Shown here: one piece after another, positions 27,233 through 32,000 of the stretch | How positions within the stretch are numbered: position 1 is the first letter of the stretch | Layout: every line of letters begins with the position of its first letter | The notes under the pieces: generated by a model | The model's database searches: none | What the model was told of the DNA's origin: nothing | The model's input: the letters and a program-made list of their open reading frames with translations, nothing else | Made by a program: the position numbers and the translations under genes | NCBI GenBank assembly: GCA_003534295.1 | Contig: DPDV01000003.1 | Coordinates: 1,580 to 33,579 of the forward strand | Source of the DNA: Clostridiales bacterium | Lineage (GTDB): Bacteria; Bacillota; Clostridia; TANB77; CAG-508 | Length of the DNA stretch: 32,000 nucleotides | Reading direction: 5' to 3'

Positions 27233-27262
27233 TAATAAATAGAATCAGAACAAAAAGAAAGA

Positions 27263-28558
27263 GTGATAAATTTGAAGGAAAAAAACACAAAAGAAATAAA
27301 CGAAATAAAATTTAAAAAGAAAAAAAAGGGAATTGGTAAGAAGATTTTACTTATTATAATATTTATATTACTAGCGATTGGAGTGATTTTTGGTTATAAG
27401 GTTTATAAAAATGGAGGAGGAACAAAAGGACTATTGATGACTGCTATAGGGCATGATAAAGATACGGTTTTATCATTAGACAAAATGTATTGCCTAATTT
27501 TAGGAAAAAGTCAAAATTTGACAGATACTTTAATATTAGCTTCATATGACCCGAAAGATCAATCAGCTGCTATGTTGTCAATACCAAGAGATACATTTAT
27601 AGGGGATTATAAGTCAAGTGCAACCGCCTGGGATAAAATAAATTCTGTATATCAAACAGAAAATGGACCACAAAAGGTAATGAAATATGTGAGTAATCTT
27701 ACGGGAATAGATGTTAAATATTATCTAATGGTTGATACAGAAGCATTAAAGGTTTTAGTAGATGAAATAGACGGCGTAACTTTTAATGTCCCAATTGATA
27801 TGAATTATGATGATTCAAGCCAGGACTTACATATACATTTAGAGGCAGGTGAACAACTATTAGATGGCGATAAAGCAGAACAGGTTGTTAGATTTAGACA
27901 TAATAATAATGGTAGTACATACCCAAGTGAGTATGGACAAGAAGATATAGGAAGAATGAAGACACAAAGAGCATTTTTAACAGCTTTAGCAAAAAAAATG
28001 TTAAGTTGGAAAAGTGTAACAAAAATAAATGGTATATTAGACATTGCACAAAAATATGTAGAAACAAACTTGGATTTTAATGCAATAAAAGATTATATAC
28101 CATATGCAGTGGAATTTGATATAAACAATTTGAAAACAGCAGCTTTACCAGGAGTACCAGAGTATGCAAATGTTGTATGGATATATAGTAGTGATAAAGA
28201 GGAGACAAAGAAAGTAGTAAATAAGCTATTTTTCAATATAGATGAGGAAAATTCTCAGATTAGCAGTGAAGAAAGAAGTAATATAAAAATAGAAGTATTA
28301 AATGGAACAGGCGATAAAGATGAATTTGAAAAAATTATAGATAGAATAGAAACTGCAGGATACAAAGTAAAAAATACAGGAGAGACCTCAAAAACAACTA
28401 GGACAACAATAATAAATAGAAATTCAATATCTGAAACTGCAATATCAGAGATAAAAAATGCTATTAAAATAGGAAATATATCAACAGGAAATTATTCAGA
28501 AAATATAGATATAACTATCATTTTAGGTAAAGATAGTATAGAGAAGTTAGAAGATTAA
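27263..28558 (+). CDS. LytR-CpsA-Psr (LCP) family cell-envelope phosphotransferase
   Basis: 431 aa. N-terminal TM anchor. LCP core TDTLILASYDPKDQSAAMLSIPRDT..VDTEALKVLVDEIDGV. The C-terminal domain looks LytR_C-like. The GTG start is uncertain. Confidence 0.8.
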   Translation: MINLKEKNTKEINEIKFKKKKKGIGKKILLIIIFILLAIGVIFGYKVYKNGGGTKGLLMTAIGHDKDTVLSLDKMYCLILGKSQNLTDTLILASYDPKDQSAAMLSIPRDTFIGDYKSSATAWDKINSVYQTENGPQKVMKYVSNLTGIDVKYYLMVDTEALKVLVDEIDGVTFNVPIDMNYDDSSQDLHIHLEAGEQLLDGDKAEQVVRFRHNNNGSTYPSEYGQEDIGRMKTQRAFLTALAKKMLSWKSVTKINGILDIAQKYVETNLDFNAIKDYIPYAVEFDINNLKTAALPGVPEYANVVWIYSSDKEETKKVVNKLFFNIDEENSQISSEERSNIKIEVLNGTGDKDEFEKIIDRIETAGYKVKNTGETSKTTRTTIINRNSISETAISEIKNAIKIGNISTGNYSENIDITIILGKDSIEKLED

Positions 28559-28572
28559 GCTTCTAACTTCTC
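28541..28572. terminator. Perfect 13-bp palindrome spanning both stop codons of the convergent LCP and carboxypeptidase genes
   Basis: GAGAAGTTAGAAG (28541-28553) / CTTCTAACTTCTC (28560-28572) with a 6-nt loop. There is no U-tract on either side, so its function as a terminator is uncertain. Confidence 0.4.
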
Positions 28573-29786
28573 CTAAAAATTGCAAAAAATATAAATATTA
28601 CAAGTAAGATTAAACCAAGTCTAAAAATAATTAAAACAAAGTTAACAATATTAACATCAGTTTCAGCAATTAATTCAGATGTATAAATTATTCCATCAAT
28701 ATCATAGGTAATTTTTCCAATTGTGCTTCCTCCTTTTATTGGAGCAACAAGTGGAGTATCTAATTCTAATTTAGGTTCTAAATTGTTAATATCAAAATTA
28801 TTTTCCAAAAATACATTAATATCGTTTTTAACTAAGATATTTAAATTTTTAGTATCTTCGGTAGCACCTAATACACTAACTTTTGTAACAACTGAATTAG
28901 CTTTTTTTATATTCTTATACGAATAATTACTAAAACCATATTCAAAAAGTTTTTTACAATCTAAAAATTTAGGTACTAAACTTCCGTTGGTATCTTCTGC
29001 ACCAAGAATAACAGCTATTAATTCTAAATCATCTTTTTTTGCAGTGGCTATTATGCAATCCTTTGCCGGATTAGTATAACCAGTTTTTAATCCAGTTGCA
29101 TATGGATAATAATAATCATCTGGTGAATGGTGGGATAATAGTAGATTTGTGTTATAAAAAATTCTATTATCACTATTATATTTATCTGTTTTAGGTAGGT
29201 TATATACAGTTTTTTGAACAATATCTTTTATCGCTTGAAATTGCATAGCATGCTTAGCAATAAGCGAAAGATCATAAGCAGTCGAATAATGATTTTCATC
29301 ATGAATACCACTAGGATTTTTGAAATTTGTATTTTCACAACCTATTTCTTTAGCTTTAGAATTCATCATATTGGCAAAATTTGCTATAGAGCCACCAACA
29401 TGTTCTGCAAGCACATTTGCAGCGTCATTAGCAGATGGAATTAATAATACATGCAATAATTGCTCTATTGTTAATTTCTCACCTTTTTGCAAATATGCAG
29501 TGGAATAACCGGCCGGTACAGAATCAACGGCACTGTTACTTACGGTGGCAACATCAGTTAGTTGGCATTTTTCTAATACCAAAATTGCGGTCATAAGCTT
29601 GGTGGTACTTGCAGGATACATCATTTTATTTAAATTCTTTTCAAATAATATTTTACCGGTTGAATATTCCATAAGAACGCATACTGGAGCTGATATATTG
29701 ATTTCTGCAGCGTTACAAAATTTATTAATTGATAAAATATTAAAAATAATTATTAAAAAGCAAATAATTTTTTTTATACGTCTCAT
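28563..29786 (-). CDS. D-alanyl-D-alanine carboxypeptidase (S11 family, PBP5/DacB-like)
   Basis: Start at MRRIKKIICFL (GAGGAG 6 nt upstream; the track start at 29849 adds 21 unlikely residues). Signal peptide, SxxK (ASTTK), SxN (PSANDAAN), KTG (LKTGYT) and a C-terminal TM anchor. Confidence 0.85.
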   Translation of the reverse strand: MRRIKKIICFLIIIFNILSINKFCNAAEINISAPVCVLMEYSTGKILFEKNLNKMMYPASTTKLMTAILVLEKCQLTDVATVSNSAVDSVPAGYSTAYLQKGEKLTIEQLLHVLLIPSANDAANVLAEHVGGSIANFANMMNSKAKEIGCENTNFKNPSGIHDENHYSTAYDLSLIAKHAMQFQAIKDIVQKTVYNLPKTDKYNSDNRIFYNTNLLLSHHSPDDYYYPYATGLKTGYTNPAKDCIIATAKKDDLELIAVILGAEDTNGSLVPKFLDCKKLFEYGFSNYSYKNIKKANSVVTKVSVLGATEDTKNLNILVKNDINVFLENNFDINNLEPKLELDTPLVAPIKGGSTIGKITYDIDGIIYTSELIAETDVNIVNFVLIIFRLGLILLVIFIFFAIFRRS

Positions 29787-29864
29787 ATAAACTCCTCTAA
29801 TATAACTATATATTAAGTGTTTGAAAAATTCAATACTAAAATTAAACAAAAAGGAATGATTTAA

Positions 29865-30458
29865 TTGAAAAAAATAAATAATAATATCAAAATAATTATT
29901 ATAATTGGAATAGCAACTTTAACTATATTTATTGTAATACTACTAAAGAAAATTGAAGAAAACAACTATAATAATTACAATTATGAGGAATATTTTGGAG
30001 AGCAAGAGAATAAAATAGTAGAAGAGAAAAAAACAATTGTTGTTCATATTACAGGTGAAGTAAATAAACCAGGAGTTATAGAGCTGGAAGAAGGAAAAAG
30101 GATCATAGATGCAATAAAAACAGCGGGAGGAGCAACTTCAAAAGCAAATTTAACTCAAATTAATTTAGCTTATGTCTTAAAAGATGGTATGAAGATATAT
30201 ATTCCAAATATTGAAGATAAAAATATAGAATATATTACAACAAACATCGGTGATAGTGATGATAAAGAAAAAATTAATATAAATCTCGCAAACGAAAAAG
30301 ATTTACAAAAGTTGCCAGGAATAGGAACATCAACTGCAAAAAAAATAATTAAATATAGGGAGGAAAACGGGGAATTCAAAAATATAGAAGATATAAAGAA
30401 TGTTAAAGGTATAGGAGAATCCAAATATGAAGAAATAAAGGAAAAAATAGAAATATAA
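29865..30458 (+). CDS. comEA: ComEA-family DNA-binding competence protein
   Basis: 197 aa. TM anchor, SLBB-like IVVHITGEVNKPGVIELEEGKRIIDAIKTAGG, and C-terminal helix-hairpin-helix pair LQKLPGIGTSTAKKII..VKGIGESKYEEI. TTG start. Confidence 0.85.
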   Translation: MKKINNNIKIIIIIGIATLTIFIVILLKKIEENNYNNYNYEEYFGEQENKIVEEKKTIVVHITGEVNKPGVIELEEGKRIIDAIKTAGGATSKANLTQINLAYVLKDGMKIYIPNIEDKNIEYITTNIGDSDDKEKININLANEKDLQKLPGIGTSTAKKIIKYREENGEFKNIEDIKNVKGIGESKYEEIKEKIEI

Positions 30459-30493
30459 AAAAATAATAACAAGGATAAATTTTTTCATAAGTA

Positions 30494-30522
30494 TTGACAA
30501 AAGGGGATAATGGGGGTATACT
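30494..30522 (+). promoter_or_regulatory. Candidate tRNA promoter: TTGACA-17-TATACT
   Basis: TTGACA at 30494-30499 and TATACT at 30517-30522, about 20 nt upstream of the tRNA 5' end. Confidence 0.55.
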
Positions 30523-30542
30523 TAGTAAGTAAGTAAAAATAT

Positions 30543-30618
<76 letters not shown>

Positions 30619-30629
30619 GATAAATTAAG

Positions 30630-30657
30630 AGTTCTAGAAATTAGCTAGAACTTTTTA
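30630..30657 (+). terminator. Rho-independent terminator after the tRNA
   Basis: AGTTCTAG (30630-30637) / CTAGAACT (30645-30652) with a 7-nt loop, then TTTTT. Confidence 0.65.
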
Positions 30658-30689
30658 TTTGTATTTTAGAGTAATTAGCGCAAAATTTT

Positions 30690-30723
30690 AAAACAAGTTT
30701 TGCAGAATTTTACTTGTTTTTTT
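30690..30723. terminator. Second hairpin with T-run (tandem or bidirectional terminator)
   Basis: AAAACAAGT (30690-30698) / ACTTGTTTT (30712-30720) with a 13-nt loop, followed by TTT. Confidence 0.35.
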
Positions 30724-30802
30724 GATAGATACAATATATAATTATTTACAATAAAACATGTTTTTGCGTTGATATTTTAAATAATAAATTGAGGAAAAGA
30801 GT

Positions 30803-31657
30803 ATGGAAGAAAATATATTTAATACAATTAGACATGAATATAAAATTGAAAACTGTATAATAGAAAAGAGAAATGATTCAACAGATGGAAATGTATATAC
30901 TATTTTTGACAATCAAAATAAATTTATAGCTAAAATATATAAACAAGAAGAACATACAAAATCAATGATTAATCTTCACTTATTTTTAATAAAAAATGGA
31001 TTTATTGTTCCCAATATAGTTAAAAATATAAATGGAGATTATTATTGTAACATAGAAAATAATTACATAGTTGTTTACACTTTTATAAATGGCGAACAAT
31101 ATGGGCCAAAAATTGAGAATATAGAAAATATAGAATACAAAAATAATATTGTAAGAAAACTTGCAATTCAATTAAGAAAATTGCACGAAATTACAAGAGA
31201 TAATAATTTTAATCTTAAAGAAATAGAAATTCATAATTCAAAAAAAGAGAATGAGAGGAAGTCTGTTTTGCATTTTGACCTAACAAAGGATAATATATTT
31301 ATTTGCAAAGATAAAATTGGCTTTATAGATTTTGATGATGCAAAATATGGAGATTCTTTATTTGATGTGGCAAGTGTGATATGTTTTTTGTTTATTTCTA
31401 AAAAAAGAGGAGTTGATGAAAACTCCATTAATGTTTTTTTAAACAGTTATTATAATAACGAGACAGAAGTTAAAAGAAGAGAAATTCACATGATAAAGAC
31501 TTATGCACATGAATGGATAAAAGAAGTATTAAAAAATGAAAATTTAGATAAACCAATAAAAGAAAGTTTTATATTTAAGGACAAAATGATAAGAAAAATA
31601 AATATAGGAGGGAGTAAAAATGAGGCACACAATGAAATTAAAAGAGGATCCATTTGA
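30803..31657 (+). CDS. APH/choline-kinase-fold phosphotransferase (substrate unknown)
   Basis: 284 aa. Catalytic loop VLHFDLTKDN (HxDxxxxN) followed by GFIDFDD. GAGGAAAAG SD. Confidence 0.7.
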   Translation: MEENIFNTIRHEYKIENCIIEKRNDSTDGNVYTIFDNQNKFIAKIYKQEEHTKSMINLHLFLIKNGFIVPNIVKNINGDYYCNIENNYIVVYTFINGEQYGPKIENIENIEYKNNIVRKLAIQLRKLHEITRDNNFNLKEIEIHNSKKENERKSVLHFDLTKDNIFICKDKIGFIDFDDAKYGDSLFDVASVICFLFISKKRGVDENSINVFLNSYYNNETEVKRREIHMIKTYAHEWIKEVLKNENLDKPIKESFIFKDKMIRKINIGGSKNEAHNEIKRGSI

Positions 31658-32000
31658 AAGAATGAAAAATGGAACCAAAACAATTGAATTTAGATTGTAT
31701 GACGAAAAAAGAAGGAAGATTAAAGTTGGGGATGAAATTGAATTTTTTAAATTACCTAAATTGCAAGAAAGAATTTTGGTTAGAGTTAAAAATTTATATA
31801 GAGGAGATTCTTTTAAAAATTTGTTTAAAATAATATTTCCAGATAAAGATAATAAAGAAATAAATAATAAAACTGAAGAAATGCTTAAATATTATACTCA
31901 TGAACAAGAAAAAGAATATGGTGTAATAGGGATAGAAATTGAGATAATAGATAGCAACTTTAGATATACATATAACAAATTAGTAAGAGATAAAATTCCA
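31620..32000 (+). CDS. ASCH-domain protein continuing into a MazG/PRA-PH-like NTP pyrophosphohydrolase N-terminus (partial; runs off the window end)
   Basis: Not in the track because no stop is reached. AGGAGGGAG SD. MRHTMKLKEDPFERMKNGTKTIEFRLYDEKRRKIKVGDEIEF is ASCH-like. The last visible residues YNKLVRDKIP match the usual start of MazG-like pyrophosphohydrolases. It overlaps the kinase gene by 38 nt. Confidence 0.6.
   Translation, partial: MRHTMKLKEDPFERMKNGTKTIEFRLYDEKRRKIKVGDEIEFFKLPKLQERILVRVKNLYRGDSFKNLFKIIFPDKDNKEINNKTEEMLKYYTHEQEKEYGVIGIEIEIIDSNFRYTYNKLVRDKIP

Noticed and set aside
28563-29849. Track start of the carboxypeptidase at 29849 (428 aa)
   Set aside because: The first 21 residues precede a typical signal peptide and have no SD. 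The ATG at 29786 has GAGGAG at 6 nt.

Overview
Very AT-rich (roughly three quarters A+T by eye) chromosomal segment centred on the replication origin of a low-GC Firmicute, probably Clostridia-like. The left arm (minus strand, 1-7211) has the classic origin-proximal set: soj, rsmG, mnmG, mnmE, jag, yidC, yidD, rnpA, rpmH. A bipartite oriC flanks dnaA. DnaA boxes sit upstream of dnaA. Between dnaA and dnaN there are tandem DnaA boxes, six DnaA-trio-like CTA/TTA repeats and an AT-rich unwinding stretch. The right arm (plus strand) continues dnaA-dnaN-recF-remB-gyrB.

The normally adjacent gyrB-gyrA pair is then interrupted by about 5.1 kb (13.6-18.6 kb). This stretch carries a VirB4-family conjugation ATPase split into two ORFs, a TadZ/CpaE-architecture ParA/MinD ATPase and an unknown 237-aa protein. 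After gyrA and a tightly packed unknown ORF comes a minus-strand block (26991 down to 21653). It encodes a VirD4/TraG-like coupling protein and three small or polytopic membrane proteins (VirB2-, VirB6- and VirB3/TcpE-like by size, order and topology). A DnaD/DnaB-like and a DnaI-like helicase-loader gene follow directly.

I could recognise no relaxase, integrase, transposase, cell-wall hydrolase, VirB8-like gene or att repeats. The main candidate for something new is therefore a minimal, apparently intact T4SS-like system in two convergent modules wrapped around core replication genes next to oriC. The window ends with an LCP-family protein, a DD-carboxypeptidase, ComEA, an initiator tRNA-Met, an APH-fold kinase and an ASCH/MazG-like fusion.

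All family assignments come from motifs read by eye and remembered family signatures. No searches were run.
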